DNA from: Polyangiales bacterium
Lineage (GTDB): Bacteria; Myxococcota_A; Polyangia; Polyangiales; Ga0077539
Assembly: GCA_044229975.1 (NCBI GenBank)
Contig: JBGARZ010000008.1
Span: forward strand, 128,001-192,000
DNA length: 64,000 nt
Reading direction: 5' to 3'
Shown here one piece after another: positions 47,771 to 58,405 of the stretch. Every line of letters starts with the position of its first letter. Position 1 is the stretch's first letter. The translations under genes were made by a program, and so were the position numbers. A model generated the notes under the pieces. The model was not told the origin of the DNA and searched no databases. It saw only the letters and a program-made list of their open reading frames with translations.

Positions 47771-48550
47771 ATGGCCAGCATTCCCCCGCGGCATCGATCG
47801 AGGCCCTTCGCGTGGACCCACCAGGACGTCCGCATCCCCGGGCCGCGCACCGTGCGGAGCATCGAGAAGCACGAGCTCAACGTGGTGTTCCAGCCGATCG
47901 TGTCGCTGCTCGACGGGTCGACGTACTCCTGGGAGACGCTGGTGCGGTGCACCGTTCCGGGCTTCGAGGCGCCGCCCGTCCTCTTCCAGGCGGCCGTCGC
48001 GGAGAAGGCGTGCGGGCGCCTCGGTCGGCTCATCCGCGAGGTCGCCTTCGAGCGCGGCGCAGGCCACCCCCTCTTCGTCAACATCCACCCCGCCGAGCTC
48101 GCCTCGCGCTGGCTCGTCCAGCCCGACGACCCGATGAACTTCCACGACGCCGGGGTCTTCCTGGAGATCACCGAGTCAGCCACCTTCGAGCACTTCGAGC
48201 TCTGCTGGAACGTCCTCCGCGAAATCCGTCAGCGCGCCTCGGTGCGCTTCGTCGTCGACGACCTCGGCGCGGGCCACTCCAACCTCAAGCGCGTGCTCGA
48301 CCTCGAACCCTCCGTCGTGAAGCTCGACATCTCCCTCGTGAAGGGCATCGACCGCAGCGCCCGGCAGTTCGCCCTCGTGCGCTCACTGGTCTCCCTCTTC
48401 GCCGACCTCGGCGCGACCGTGGTCGCCGAGGGCATCGAGACGCTGCAAGAGCTACGGAAGGTCCGCGAGGCCGGCGTGCACTTCGGCCAGGGGTACTTCC
48501 TCGCGCGCCCGGCGTGGCCGATGCCCGAGATCCACTGGCCCTTCCGCTGA
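47771..48550 (+). CDS. Stand-alone EAL-domain c-di-GMP phosphodiesterase
   Basis: FQPIV, ETLVR, FVN, EITE, DDLGAGHSNL, VKLD, VAEGIE, GQGY. Confidence 0.92.
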   Translation: MASIPPRHRSRPFAWTHQDVRIPGPRTVRSIEKHELNVVFQPIVSLLDGSTYSWETLVRCTVPGFEAPPVLFQAAVAEKACGRLGRLIREVAFERGAGHPLFVNIHPAELASRWLVQPDDPMNFHDAGVFLEITESATFEHFELCWNVLREIRQRASVRFVVDDLGAGHSNLKRVLDLEPSVVKLDISLVKGIDRSARQFALVRSLVSLFADLGATVVAEGIETLQELRKVREAGVHFGQGYFLARPAWPMPEIHWPFR

Positions 48551-48599
48551 GCCGGGATTGACGTCCGCGGCGCTGCTCCGAATACGGGAGCACCGCGCC

Positions 48600-49058
48600 A
48601 TGACCGACCCCGCCGACGAGGAGACCGAGAAGGAGCGCGTCGAGCGCGAGTACTGCGAGCTCCTCGACGAGATCCGCATCGCCCTGCCCGGCGGTGAGGT
48701 GATGCTGGGCTTCCTGCTCACCGCCCCCTTCAGCGATCGCTTCTCCAACCTCACCGAGGCCCAGAAGCTCATCTACCTCGTGTCGCTGCTCTGCGTCGCC
48801 GCGGCCACGGCGCTGCTGCTCGCGCCCACCGCGTACCACCGCATCCGCTTCCGCGCGGGCGACAAGCCCTGGATCACCCGCCGCGGCAACGCCCTCGTCA
48901 TCGCCGCCATGATCGCGATGGTGCCCGGCATCGCGGGGACGATGTTCGTGGTGACGGACGTGATCTTCTCGCGCGTCGCCGCCGCGCTGGTGAGCGGCGG
49001 GACGGCGGCGTTTCTGGTGGGGCTGTGGTTCGCGGTGCCGCTGCTGCGACGGCGGTGA
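48600..49058 (+). CDS. DUF6328-like small membrane protein
   Basis: ELL.E.RIALPG..V.LGFLL..PF..RF; APTAYHR; 4 TM segments. Confidence 0.8.
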   Translation: MTDPADEETEKERVEREYCELLDEIRIALPGGEVMLGFLLTAPFSDRFSNLTEAQKLIYLVSLLCVAAATALLLAPTAYHRIRFRAGDKPWITRRGNALVIAAMIAMVPGIAGTMFVVTDVIFSRVAAALVSGGTAAFLVGLWFAVPLLRRR

Positions 49059-49059
49059 G

Positions 49060-51918
49060 CTACGGGGTCATCCCCTGCCAGCCGTTGCCATCGATGTCGA
49101 CGTACACGGGGTTGGTGTACCCGATGGCGCTGCCCGCGCCGATCGGCGACAGCGACCCGCCGCGCGACAGCACCACGTAGAAGCTGTCCCGCGTCGGACG
49201 CGCCCGCACCGTCGCGTGCCAGCGCACCACGCCCGAGCGCCCCGGCGACGCGTCGCCCACCGTCTGCACGAAGGGATCGGTCACGGCAGTCGCCACCGCC
49301 GCGGTAAACGCGTCCTCGGTGCCCACGCGCGTCAGCGCCAGCGGGCGCCCGTTTTCGAACACCACCAGGTCGCGCGGGTTGACCCACGGCGCCGCCTGGA
49401 GGGTGATCTCCAACGGCACCGTCCCATCCGCGCCCGGCCTGACGACCTCCTGCCAGCCCATGCGCGCCATGCCGTTGACGCGCACGCTGAGCACGATGCC
49501 CGAGGCCACCACCACGCGCTGTCCCCGGATGGCGTCGGTGACCATCGCCTGCGTCACGCGCTCGGGCTGGTCGTCGTTGACGCGCAGCAGGTTGTGCGGC
49601 CACCCGGAGCCGCCGTTGCGCGAGTGCGTGTCGCTGTTGCCCAGCGCGCACGTGTGATCGCCGCGTCGCAGAAACGCGAACCAGTCCTGCATGGTTGCGA
49701 CGGCGCCCGGGTCGGTCGTGGCGAGCCGGCGCAGCGCTTCGTCGTTGGAGGCGAGGTAGTCGCGGGCCTCGCCGACCTCGGTGTTGACCTCCATGGCCTC
49801 CCAGCCCGTCGCGAGCGGAATCGCCATGCCCGACACGGTGCTCCCCGCGTACGTGAACGGGTTGAGCCGGATGCTGGTGAAGTACCCCTTGAGCCCGGTC
49901 GAGCGCGGGTGCGACAGGTGCAGCACCGGGTTGCCGGCCTCGGCGCGGATGCGCGTGAAGAGCTGCTGCGCCGTCTGGTCGGCCCAGTACTGCGCCCCGA
50001 TGTTGGCCGTCGGGTCAGCCGGGTTGATGGTCAGCGGGTAGGCGTTGAAGTGCCCGAGGCCGATGACCGAGATCTCGTCGCCGCGCATCGCGCCGAACCA
50101 CCGCTGGAGGCTCTGCGACGCGATGCACGGTCCGAAGTCGCTGATGTTGTCGTGGTCGGTGGTGGCCGCGTACTCCAGGCCCTCGGCGGTGTCTTCGAGC
50201 ACGCGGTTGCAGAGGCTGCGGCCCGAGTCGATGCTGCCCACCGTGTGCTGGTGGAAGTCGCCCGCCACCTGGCCCGGCGTGTCGAGCACGCGCCGCACGT
50301 CCGCCGTCAGCGTGGCCTCACCGCCGGCCGCGAGCGTGATGTCGCGCTCGACGGTCTCGTACTCCTCGCCGCGCGAGACGATGGCCCGGTAGCGCCCCGG
50401 CTTCACCGTGACGCGATCGACGCCGCCCAGCGAGTACACCGCGCGGTAGAGGCCGTACTCCTCGCGCTCGCCTTCGAGCTCGCCCATGCCGGGGTCGGGC
50501 GCCTCGGCCTCCACGCCGCGCAGGCTCACCTTCATGGGAGCGCGGCCGCGCGTTCCGTCGCGCTCGACGGAGTTGAGATCGAGCACCAGCGTCGCGCTCT
50601 GGCCCACCGTCGGAGCGGCCGTGGCCATGCCTCCGTCGGTGACGGTGACGGTGACGGGCGTCCCGCGGTTGCGCCCCTGATCGACGGCGACGAGGGTGTA
50701 CGCGCCGGGCGCGAGCGCGAGTCGGTAGGCGCCATCGGGCGCCGAGCGGGCCATGGAGCGCACCGGGTTTCCGACGGCGTACGGGGTGGAGTACGCGTAG
50801 ACGAGCGCGCCGGGAGAGGTGGTTCCGGTGACGACGCCGTGCGGGTCGCGGCGGGCTTCCATGAGGGGCTCGACGGCGGAGGTGACGTCGCCGGTGCCGA
50901 TGGAGAAGTAGCGGGTGAAGGAGACGGGCTGGCCCGCCATCGCGGAGATGGAGGGGTAGATGGCGACGGTTCCCGAGGCGTCGACCACGGGGACGGACAT
51001 GGTGCCGGTGGCGGGCGAGACGGCGTAGGAGACGTGGCGGTTGTTCTCGCCGGGGTCGCTGACGGCGACGAGGTAGTGGGGCGGTGCGACGGCGCGCGTG
51101 GCGTCGCCGAAGCCCGTCGCGTCGGTGAAGAGCGTGAGCGCCGAGCCCGCCCCGTAGAACTCCCCCGCCACCGAGGTCGGAACCGACGCGTTGCTGTTGG
51201 ACTGCACCTCCGTGCGCGCCTCCAGCACCGAGCTGTTGGGGCGCAGGATGTAGTGCGTGACGATGCGCACGTCGCGCTCGCGAGCGAGGCCGTCGAGGAT
51301 GTTGATGAGCCGCGTGGGGACGTCGCGACCCACGACGCGGATCGCAGCCGGTCGCCCGCCCGATCCGTCGCACGCGACGGTCACTTCGGCCGCGTTGCTG
51401 ATGCGGTACCCCACCACGCCAAACATCTCGCGGAAGACGTCCCCGCCCGGCGCACCCGCCGGTCGAACGACGTCCATGTCGATGATGTTGCCGCCGTACA
51501 GGTTGTACCCGCTGGCCCGCTGCGGGGTGCCGGCCTGCACCCTCCCCTGGACGATCACCCGCACGCGGTTGTTGTAGATGCGGAGGTGTCCGATGCGCCC
51601 CGCCGCGGCCTCGCCGCCGATGAGCTCGCGCTCGTTGGTGATGACGCCCGCGCGGGCCTCCGTGGCGTCGAGCGAGTCGTCGAGCGCGCGCGGCCCGGCG
51701 GCGGGCGGGCACGCATACGGGTCGACGTAAGGCGGCAGCGGCTGGACGTCGGGCTTCGGCTCGGCGTCGACGACGGCTTCGGCATCGGGGGCCGCATCGG
51801 CGCCGAGGTCGTTGACCGTCGCGGCGTCGACCACGTCGGGCGGGGTCGCCGCGTCGGTGTTGGTCGTGGTGGAGTTGCAGGCGAGGAGCAGCGGAGCGAG
51901 ACCGAGGAGACGTCGCAT
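49060..51918 (-). CDS. CehA/McbA-like PHP-fold metallohydrolase lipoprotein with carboxypeptidase-regulatory-like domain
   Basis: GDFHQH...DS, TDHD, GHFN, SHPR, GNSDTH, YTNPVYVD. Confidence 0.85.
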   Translation of the reverse strand: MRRLLGLAPLLLACNSTTTNTDAATPPDVVDAATVNDLGADAAPDAEAVVDAEPKPDVQPLPPYVDPYACPPAAGPRALDDSLDATEARAGVITNERELIGGEAAAGRIGHLRIYNNRVRVIVQGRVQAGTPQRASGYNLYGGNIIDMDVVRPAGAPGGDVFREMFGVVGYRISNAAEVTVACDGSGGRPAAIRVVGRDVPTRLINILDGLARERDVRIVTHYILRPNSSVLEARTEVQSNSNASVPTSVAGEFYGAGSALTLFTDATGFGDATRAVAPPHYLVAVSDPGENNRHVSYAVSPATGTMSVPVVDASGTVAIYPSISAMAGQPVSFTRYFSIGTGDVTSAVEPLMEARRDPHGVVTGTTSPGALVYAYSTPYAVGNPVRSMARSAPDGAYRLALAPGAYTLVAVDQGRNRGTPVTVTVTDGGMATAAPTVGQSATLVLDLNSVERDGTRGRAPMKVSLRGVEAEAPDPGMGELEGEREEYGLYRAVYSLGGVDRVTVKPGRYRAIVSRGEEYETVERDITLAAGGEATLTADVRRVLDTPGQVAGDFHQHTVGSIDSGRSLCNRVLEDTAEGLEYAATTDHDNISDFGPCIASQSLQRWFGAMRGDEISVIGLGHFNAYPLTINPADPTANIGAQYWADQTAQQLFTRIRAEAGNPVLHLSHPRSTGLKGYFTSIRLNPFTYAGSTVSGMAIPLATGWEAMEVNTEVGEARDYLASNDEALRRLATTDPGAVATMQDWFAFLRRGDHTCALGNSDTHSRNGGSGWPHNLLRVNDDQPERVTQAMVTDAIRGQRVVVASGIVLSVRVNGMARMGWQEVVRPGADGTVPLEITLQAAPWVNPRDLVVFENGRPLALTRVGTEDAFTAAVATAVTDPFVQTVGDASPGRSGVVRWHATVRARPTRDSFYVVLSRGGSLSPIGAGSAIGYTNPVYVDIDGNGWQGMTP

Positions 51919-52014
51919 GGGGCGCGCATGGTGCCAGCGAGACGGCCGTCACCGCAAAGGTCCGCGGCATGGACTCTGACGAGTGCGTGCACTACCGTCC
52001 GCGGCGCTCCTGCC

Positions 52015-52542
52015 ATGGCGATCTCCAACGACCCACCCCTCCCCGGCGCGCTCGCCGACGACCTCCGCCCCGTCGCCCAACCCCGTCGGCGCGGGGCGCG
52101 CTCGTACCCGAAGTACATCGCGCTCGGGCTGCTGGCGCTGGTCATCGCGGCGGTGGCCTCCACGCTCGGCGGGTCGGCGCTGGTCTATTCGAAGTACGTC
52201 GACGAGGTGGCCACACCCGCCGCACGGGCGCGGTGGGTCGGCCGCACGATTCGCATCGAGGGCCTCGTGGCGCCTTCGTCCATCGCGCACCGGCCCGGCA
52301 CGCGCGACTTTGCGTTTCGCGTGGCGCGCAACCACGTCGAGCTGCCGGTGACGTACAGCGGGGTGGTTCCCGACACGTTCAGCAACTGCACCGGGGTCAC
52401 GGTGCGCGGCGTGCTCGGCCGTGACGGCGTGTTTCGCGCCGACGAGATCGTGGCCAAGTGTCCCAGCAAGTACGAAGCGGCCACAGTGGTCAACGGGGAG
52501 TGCGTCGTGGGGATGGCGCCCGAAGCGCCACGGCGACCATAA
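52015..52542 (+). CDS. ccmE: Cytochrome c maturation heme chaperone, CxxxY variant
   Basis: N-terminal TM; IRIEGLV; V.Y.G.VPD.F; AKCPSKY. Confidence 0.9.
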   Translation: MAISNDPPLPGALADDLRPVAQPRRRGARSYPKYIALGLLALVIAAVASTLGGSALVYSKYVDEVATPAARARWVGRTIRIEGLVAPSSIAHRPGTRDFAFRVARNHVELPVTYSGVVPDTFSNCTGVTVRGVLGRDGVFRADEIVAKCPSKYEAATVVNGECVVGMAPEAPRRP

Positions 52543-52596
52543 ACGACGGATCTTCCCGATGCGTCGGAAGGTGCGTTAGGGTAGGGTCAAGTTTCG

Positions 52597-53352
52597 ATGG
52601 GCGCGCGTACCTTCGCGATCGGCGACATTCACGGCAACCTGGAGGCGCTCAACCTCCTGTTGGATCGCATCGCGCCGGAGAAGGACGACACGGTGGTGTT
52701 CCTCGGCGACTACCTCGACCGGGGTACGCAGTCGAAGGAGACCGTCGAGCGGGTGCGGGCCTTCGTCGACGAGGCGCCGTGCAAGGCCGTCGCGCTCCGC
52801 GGCAACCACGAGGACATCTGGATCGAGTGCTTCAAGGAGCCCAACGCGGGCTTCCTCCTGCCGCGCAGCAACGGGTGCATGGACTCGTTCCGGTCGTTCA
52901 CGGGGTCCGCCCCGTTGGAGGAGGGACAGCCGCTGCGGGCCGAGGAGTTCGTGCAGTACCTCCAGGTGTCGACGTGGTTTCCGAAGGACGTCATCGAGTG
53001 GTTTGAGTCGCTGCCGCTCTGGTACGAAGACGAGCACGCCATCTTCGTGCACGCGGGCCTCGACGGTCGCGACACCGAGTGGAAGCACCCCAAGGACGGC
53101 CGCCAGAAGACCCTGATGTGGATGCGCGAGAAGGGCTTCTACAGCGGCTATGAAGGCAAGCGCGTGGTGTTCGGGCACACGCACACGCGCGACCTGCCGC
53201 AAGAGCACCGTCGCTTCCCCGAGGCGATGCCGTCGGAGCCCGACCGGGTGTGGCTGCGCGGTGAGCTCGTGGGCCTCGACACCGGCTGCGGCCGCGCGGG
53301 CGTGCTCAGCGCCATCGAGCTTCCCTCCCTGAAGATCATCGACACCCGATGA
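52597..53352 (+). CDS. PPP-family metallophosphoesterase (Ser/Thr phosphatase-like)
   Basis: GDIHG, GDYLDRG, RGNHE, HAG, FGHT, LDTG. Confidence 0.93.
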   Translation: MGARTFAIGDIHGNLEALNLLLDRIAPEKDDTVVFLGDYLDRGTQSKETVERVRAFVDEAPCKAVALRGNHEDIWIECFKEPNAGFLLPRSNGCMDSFRSFTGSAPLEEGQPLRAEEFVQYLQVSTWFPKDVIEWFESLPLWYEDEHAIFVHAGLDGRDTEWKHPKDGRQKTLMWMREKGFYSGYEGKRVVFGHTHTRDLPQEHRRFPEAMPSEPDRVWLRGELVGLDTGCGRAGVLSAIELPSLKIIDTR

Positions 53353-53948
53353 CGTCTCGCCTCACGTCGCCGCTGGCGCTCGTGGCGGGCGTCGCCACCT
53401 GGAGCGCCGCGGAGTACCTCCTCCACCGCTACATCGGCCACGGCCCGCGGCGTCGTCGCGCGCCGCGCTGGTACCAGCGGCTCACACCCGCGGGGCTGCT
53501 CGCGGAGTTCAACGAGGAGCACCTCGCGCACCACGCCGACCCGACGTACTTCGCGCCCACCGAGCGCAAGGCCCTCGCGGCGGTCGTCGCCGTCGCCGCC
53601 GTCGGAACGGCGGGCTCGCTGCTCGTCGGCCCGCGTCGCGCGTGGAGCTTCGCGCTGGGCTTCACCGCGGCGTACGTCGGCTACGAGACGTTGCACCGCC
53701 GCATCCACACGCACCCGCCGACGGGCGCGTACTCCCGCTGGGTGCGCCGGCACCACCTGCTCCACCACTTCCGCGCCCCGCGCGTGAACCACGGCGTCAC
53801 CTCCCCGCTGTGGGACCACGCCTTCGCCACCGAGACGCCCGACGCCGGCAAGCTGCGCGTGCCCGCGAGGCTGGCGCCCCACTGGATGATCGACCCGGCG
53901 ACCGGCGCCGCGCGCGACGCCTACGGCGACGATTACGACGTGGTGTAA
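53349..53948 (+). CDS. Fatty acid hydroxylase / sterol desaturase family protein
   Basis: EYLLHRYIGH, HLAHH, YETLHRRIH, HHLLHH, NHGVTS..WD. Confidence 0.9.
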   Translation: MTSRLTSPLALVAGVATWSAAEYLLHRYIGHGPRRRRAPRWYQRLTPAGLLAEFNEEHLAHHADPTYFAPTERKALAAVVAVAAVGTAGSLLVGPRRAWSFALGFTAAYVGYETLHRRIHTHPPTGAYSRWVRRHHLLHHFRAPRVNHGVTSPLWDHAFATETPDAGKLRVPARLAPHWMIDPATGAARDAYGDDYDVV

Positions 53949-54000
53949 GTCACACCGAGGCTCTACCGCGACGGGAGGGGCGTGGAGTATGGTCCGCGCC

Positions 54001-55092
54001 ATGGGATCCCTTCGTTGCTTCGCGGCGCTCGTGTTGGTGGTGGGTTGTAGCTCCGAGTCCCCCGGCACCGGGGTGGTGGATTCGGGCACGGATGTGACCG
54101 TGGCGGTGGATGTTCCGGCGGCGACGGACGTGGCCATCGACCGGGTGGACGTCCCGCGCGACGTGGCTGGTGATGCGGGCGGGGCGGCGCTCTTCAGCCC
54201 GTGCACCCTGGCGCGCAACTGCGCGGGCATTCCGTCGGCGCAGTGCATCGCGGTGACCGAGGGGTACCCGATGGGCCAGTGCACGCGGGCGTGCACGACG
54301 GACACGCAGTGCGGCGACGGGGGCATCTGCCTGGCGTTCGGGTCGGGCCGCGTGTGCTTCCAGCGCTGCGATACGGGCACCGACTGCCGCGCGGGCTACC
54401 AGTGCTTCCTCGCGCGCGGCGAGGGAACGACCGCCGAGCGGGCGTGCTTCCCGTTCTGCACGGACGACGCGCAGTGCCCGGGCCGGGCGTGCAACCGCTA
54501 CTCGCGCTTCTGCGGGACGCTCGACAACACCCGCGGCGACAACGACGACCCCTGCGAAAACGACGTGGCGTGCCGGAGCGGTCGCTGCTTCGAGGAGTTC
54601 AACACGACGACCGAAGAGCCGAGCGGATACCTGGGCGGTCAGTGCTACTCGCGCTGCACGGTGCCCGCCGCGACGGAGTACGCGGGCTCGACGTACCCGC
54701 GCGGCGACTGCCCCGAGGGGAGCGTGTGCGTGCGCGAGTCGGGTCAGGTCGCGGGCGACACGGCGCTGTGTCGCGGCGGGTGCACGAGCAACAGCGACTG
54801 TCGCGGCGGGTACATCTGCCTGCGCTCGACGCGCCCCGGCGGCGACGCGGGGACGTACGACAACGGCTACTGCGCGCCGATGAACTGTCACTACATGACG
54901 CAGACCTGCCCGGCGGGCGCGACGTGCCTGACGACGCGCACCGACGACGCGGGCGTGCCGACGAGCGGCCGCTGCACGCGCCCGATGGACTTCGACGCGG
55001 GCACCGAGACCGATGGCTCGACCGACGCGACGACGGACTCGTCCGTGACGGACTCGTCTGCGACAGACGCGGGCGTAGCTGATGGGGGCTGA
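54001..55092 (+). CDS. Cys-rich lipoprotein
   Basis: LVVGC lipobox; repeated G.C...C..D..C..G..C units; alternative ATG at 53989. Confidence 0.85.
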   Translation: MGSLRCFAALVLVVGCSSESPGTGVVDSGTDVTVAVDVPAATDVAIDRVDVPRDVAGDAGGAALFSPCTLARNCAGIPSAQCIAVTEGYPMGQCTRACTTDTQCGDGGICLAFGSGRVCFQRCDTGTDCRAGYQCFLARGEGTTAERACFPFCTDDAQCPGRACNRYSRFCGTLDNTRGDNDDPCENDVACRSGRCFEEFNTTTEEPSGYLGGQCYSRCTVPAATEYAGSTYPRGDCPEGSVCVRESGQVAGDTALCRGGCTSNSDCRGGYICLRSTRPGGDAGTYDNGYCAPMNCHYMTQTCPAGATCLTTRTDDAGVPTSGRCTRPMDFDAGTETDGSTDATTDSSVTDSSATDAGVADGG

Positions 55093-55152
55093 AAGAGGGA
55101 GTGAGGAGAGACCTGGGAACCGGCGCCCACGAGGACGCCGAACCGGTCGCCT

Positions 55153-56439
55153 CTACACGTCGAACTGGCCGGCTTCGAGGAGCTCGGTGATGCGGTAGAG
55201 GAAGTTGTTGGCGGCGACGCCGTCGACGATGCGGTGGTCGTACGAGAGCGCGACGAACATCACCGGGTGGATGGCGATGGTGTCGACGCCGTCGACCTCC
55301 ACCACCACCGGGCGCTTCACGATCTCGCCGGTGCGGAGGATGGCGACGTTGGGCTGCGAGATGACCGCGGCGCCGACGAAGTTTCCCTTCGTGCCGGGGT
55401 TGGAGATGGTGAACGTCGAGCCCGCGAGGTCGTCGGCCTCGATCTTCCCGTCGCGGGCCTTCTTGGCCACGGCGTCGATGCCCTTGGCGAGGCCCTTCAC
55501 GGTGAGCTCGTCGGCGTTGCGCACCACGGGCACCAGCAGACCTCCGGGGGTCTCCACCGCGACGCCGAGGTTGATCTCCTTGATCTTCACGTACGCGTCT
55601 TCGAGCACGCGCGCGTTGAGCATCGGGTTCTCGCGCAGCGCCCGCGCCGTCGCGGCCGCGATGAACGACAAGAACGTCAGCCCCACACCTTCAGCCTTGA
55701 GCGCCTCCTTCCGCGACTCGCGCAGGCGGGAGACCTTGTGCATGTCGATCTCCGCGAACGTGTAGACGTGCGGCGAGACGTGCTTCGAATAGACCATGTG
55801 GTCGGCGATGATTCGCCGACGGCGGTTGAAGGGGACGACCTCGTCGCCGGGCGCCTGCACGTACGGCTTCACGCTGTACCCACCGCGCGGCGCGGCCGGG
55901 ACGGCGCCCTGTGCCTGCGACGGGGGCGCGACGACCTTGATGACCTCGCTCGGAGGCGGCGGAGGCGGCGTGGCCGGACGCGCCGGAGTGGCCGCCGCGG
56001 ACTTGTCGGCAGCGGCGGCGAGGGCGTCGTCGCGGGTCACGCGGCCGTTGTCGCCGGAGCCCTTGATGGCACCGAGGTCGAGGTCGTTTTCGCGGGCGAT
56101 CTTGCGCACGACGGGCGTCGTCGGCGGCTCACGCGCGGGGGCGCTGGCGGCGGGCGCAGGCGCGGCGGCGGGCGCTGCCTTCTCAGCAGGCGCCGCCTTC
56201 GCGGCGGTGTCGATCTCCGCGATGGCAACGTTGACCGGCACGACGGCCTGCTCGGCGGCGAGGAGCTTCAGCACGAGCCCACCGACCGGCGACGGGACGT
56301 CCGTGTCGGCCTTGTCGGTGGAGACGGTGACGAGGATCTGGTCCTTGGCGATGACGTCGCCGGGCTTGACGTGCCACTTCGTGATGGTGCCTTCGACCAC
56401 GCTCTCACCGAGCTGCGGCATGACGACGGGAACTGCCAT
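55153..56439 (-). CDS. 2-oxo acid dehydrogenase E2 (dihydrolipoamide acyltransferase), single lipoyl domain
   Basis: MPQLGESV.EG, STDKAD..VPSP, GSG..GRVTRDD, DHRIVDG. Confidence 0.95.
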   Translation of the reverse strand: MAVPVVMPQLGESVVEGTITKWHVKPGDVIAKDQILVTVSTDKADTDVPSPVGGLVLKLLAAEQAVVPVNVAIAEIDTAAKAAPAEKAAPAAAPAPAASAPAREPPTTPVVRKIARENDLDLGAIKGSGDNGRVTRDDALAAAADKSAAATPARPATPPPPPPSEVIKVVAPPSQAQGAVPAAPRGGYSVKPYVQAPGDEVVPFNRRRRIIADHMVYSKHVSPHVYTFAEIDMHKVSRLRESRKEALKAEGVGLTFLSFIAAATARALRENPMLNARVLEDAYVKIKEINLGVAVETPGGLLVPVVRNADELTVKGLAKGIDAVAKKARDGKIEADDLAGSTFTISNPGTKGNFVGAAVISQPNVAILRTGEIVKRPVVVEVDGVDTIAIHPVMFVALSYDHRIVDGVAANNFLYRITELLEAGQFDV

Positions 56440-56557
56440 GAGATCTCTGTCCTTCTCTCCGATGAAGGTCGGCGTGGGGGATGCTGTCGGGCGGAGCGTT
56501 TCCGCGCGCCTTCGCATACCTGCAAGCGTGCGGGGAAGCAATCGCTCCCAGTAGGTG

Positions 56558-58330
56558 CTAGCGGCGCGTGGTCGTCTGGAGCACGTACCAGAGCGCGCTG
56601 CTCGCGAGCGCCAGGAACATCACCGACAGCGCGAGCATCAGCCACCCGGTGGACGACCGCTGCGGCGGCGCCAACGCGGGCACTGGTGCCGACGCGACGG
56701 CGGAGGGCGGCCATCCCGTGGGCGGCATCGTGGGCTGACCCATCGGACCATGGAGCCCAGGCGGCATCGACGGAAACGGGTCTGCCCCCATCGGCGCCAT
56801 GGGTGCCATCGGCGCGGGCATCGGATACGACGGCGCCGCGGGCTGATCCTGGATGGTGGCGGCCTCGATGTTGGCGGGCGCACGAAACTGCGCCGACGGC
56901 GGCTTCACGGTGTCGACGAAGTCCGAGGCGGAGACCTCCGCGGGGTCGTCCTGGGTGACCGGCGCGGGCGCCGACTGCGGACGACGACCGCGGATCTGCT
57001 CCATCACGGGCGACCCATGGCTGAAGAGCGCGGTGTCTCCGTCTTCGTCGTAGTCGGGGTGATGCGACACCGCCTTCGTCGCGGGTGCGACAGGCGCCGA
57101 CGGTCGCAGCGGCGCCGGGCTCATGGTGGGGGTTCGCACCTTCGCCGGGGCGGCCTTGCGCTCGGAGGGCGCGGGCATCGCCATGGTGGGCTGACGCAGC
57201 TTCGAGGTCGGTCGCGGGCCCGACTCCTCCTGGCGCGCGCGCGGCGCAGCCGTGGACGGGAGCACCGCCGGCGGAACATCCGGGTCGGTATTGGAGTGGC
57301 GGACGTGCTCGACGACGGTGGACGACATCGGGTCGAAGTCGACGTCGTTGGTGACGCTCTCGCGCATGGCGCGGCGCTCACGTTCGAGCTTCTGCGAGGC
57401 GACGCCGGAGATGAAGGCGGCGACGTCGCGCCCCGAGGCGACGGACGCAGCGAGGTGCGTCTCGATGGCGTCGGCGAACTCGTCGGCCGAGAGAAAGCGC
57501 TGGTCGGGGTCGGGGTGGAGCGCCTTGCGGCAGATCTCGTCGAGCACGGGCGGCAGCCGCGGGTCGAAGTCGAGGAGCGCCGGGTACTCGCCGGTGAGGA
57601 TGCGGCGCGCGGTGTCGAAGTCGTTTTCGCCCGCGTACAAGCGGCGCAGGGTGACGGCCTCCCAGAGCGTGACGCCCATGCCGAAGACGTCGACGCGGCG
57701 ATCGAGCTGCGCGCTGCGGAGCTGCTCGGGGGCCATGAAGTTCAGCTTGCCCTTGATCATCCCCACCTTGGTGGTGGTGACGCGGGACTCGGCCTTGGCG
57801 ATGCCGAAGTCGACGATGCGCGAGACGCCGTCGACGCCCACCACGATGTTCTGGGGAGAGACGTCGCGGTGGATGATCTTGAGGTGATTGCCTTCGAGGT
57901 CACACAGCTCGTGGGCGGCGTGGAGGCCCGCGAGCGCGTCGAGCACCACGCGCAGGGTGATGCCGAGGGGGATGCGGCGGCGCAGCGAGATGGCGACCTT
58001 CTCCACGTTGGAGAAGCTGTCGCCCTCGATGTAATCCATGATGAGGAAGACGAGGCCGTCTTCGAAGCCGACGTCGATGATGGGGACGACGTTGGGGTGA
58101 TGGATGGTCGCCGCGACGCGCGCCTCGTCGAGGAACATATCGACGAAGGACTCGTCCGAGGTCAGGTGCGCGTGCATGACCTTGATGGCCACGAGGCGCT
58201 TGAAGCCGCCGCTGCCGGTGGAGCGCGCGACGTACACCGAAGCCATGCCGCCGGTGCCGATCTCCGCGATGACCTCGAACCGCCCGATGCGGGATCCGAC
58301 GAGGCTGTTTCGTGCGGCAGCGGGCTTCAT
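56558..58330 (-). CDS. Membrane Ser/Thr protein kinase
   Basis: GTGGMA, VAIK, HRDVSPQN, DFGIAK, GKLNFMAPEQ; C-terminal TM. Confidence 0.95.
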   Translation of the reverse strand: MKPAAARNSLVGSRIGRFEVIAEIGTGGMASVYVARSTGSGGFKRLVAIKVMHAHLTSDESFVDMFLDEARVAATIHHPNVVPIIDVGFEDGLVFLIMDYIEGDSFSNVEKVAISLRRRIPLGITLRVVLDALAGLHAAHELCDLEGNHLKIIHRDVSPQNIVVGVDGVSRIVDFGIAKAESRVTTTKVGMIKGKLNFMAPEQLRSAQLDRRVDVFGMGVTLWEAVTLRRLYAGENDFDTARRILTGEYPALLDFDPRLPPVLDEICRKALHPDPDQRFLSADEFADAIETHLAASVASGRDVAAFISGVASQKLERERRAMRESVTNDVDFDPMSSTVVEHVRHSNTDPDVPPAVLPSTAAPRARQEESGPRPTSKLRQPTMAMPAPSERKAAPAKVRTPTMSPAPLRPSAPVAPATKAVSHHPDYDEDGDTALFSHGSPVMEQIRGRRPQSAPAPVTQDDPAEVSASDFVDTVKPPSAQFRAPANIEAATIQDQPAAPSYPMPAPMAPMAPMGADPFPSMPPGLHGPMGQPTMPPTGWPPSAVASAPVPALAPPQRSSTGWLMLALSVMFLALASSALWYVLQTTTRR

Positions 58331-58405
58331 GCGAGGCGGTGTGGCGACGCTACCACAACGCCACAGTCCGCCGGAAGCTATGGACTCGCGCGATGGGAGG
58401 GCGCG

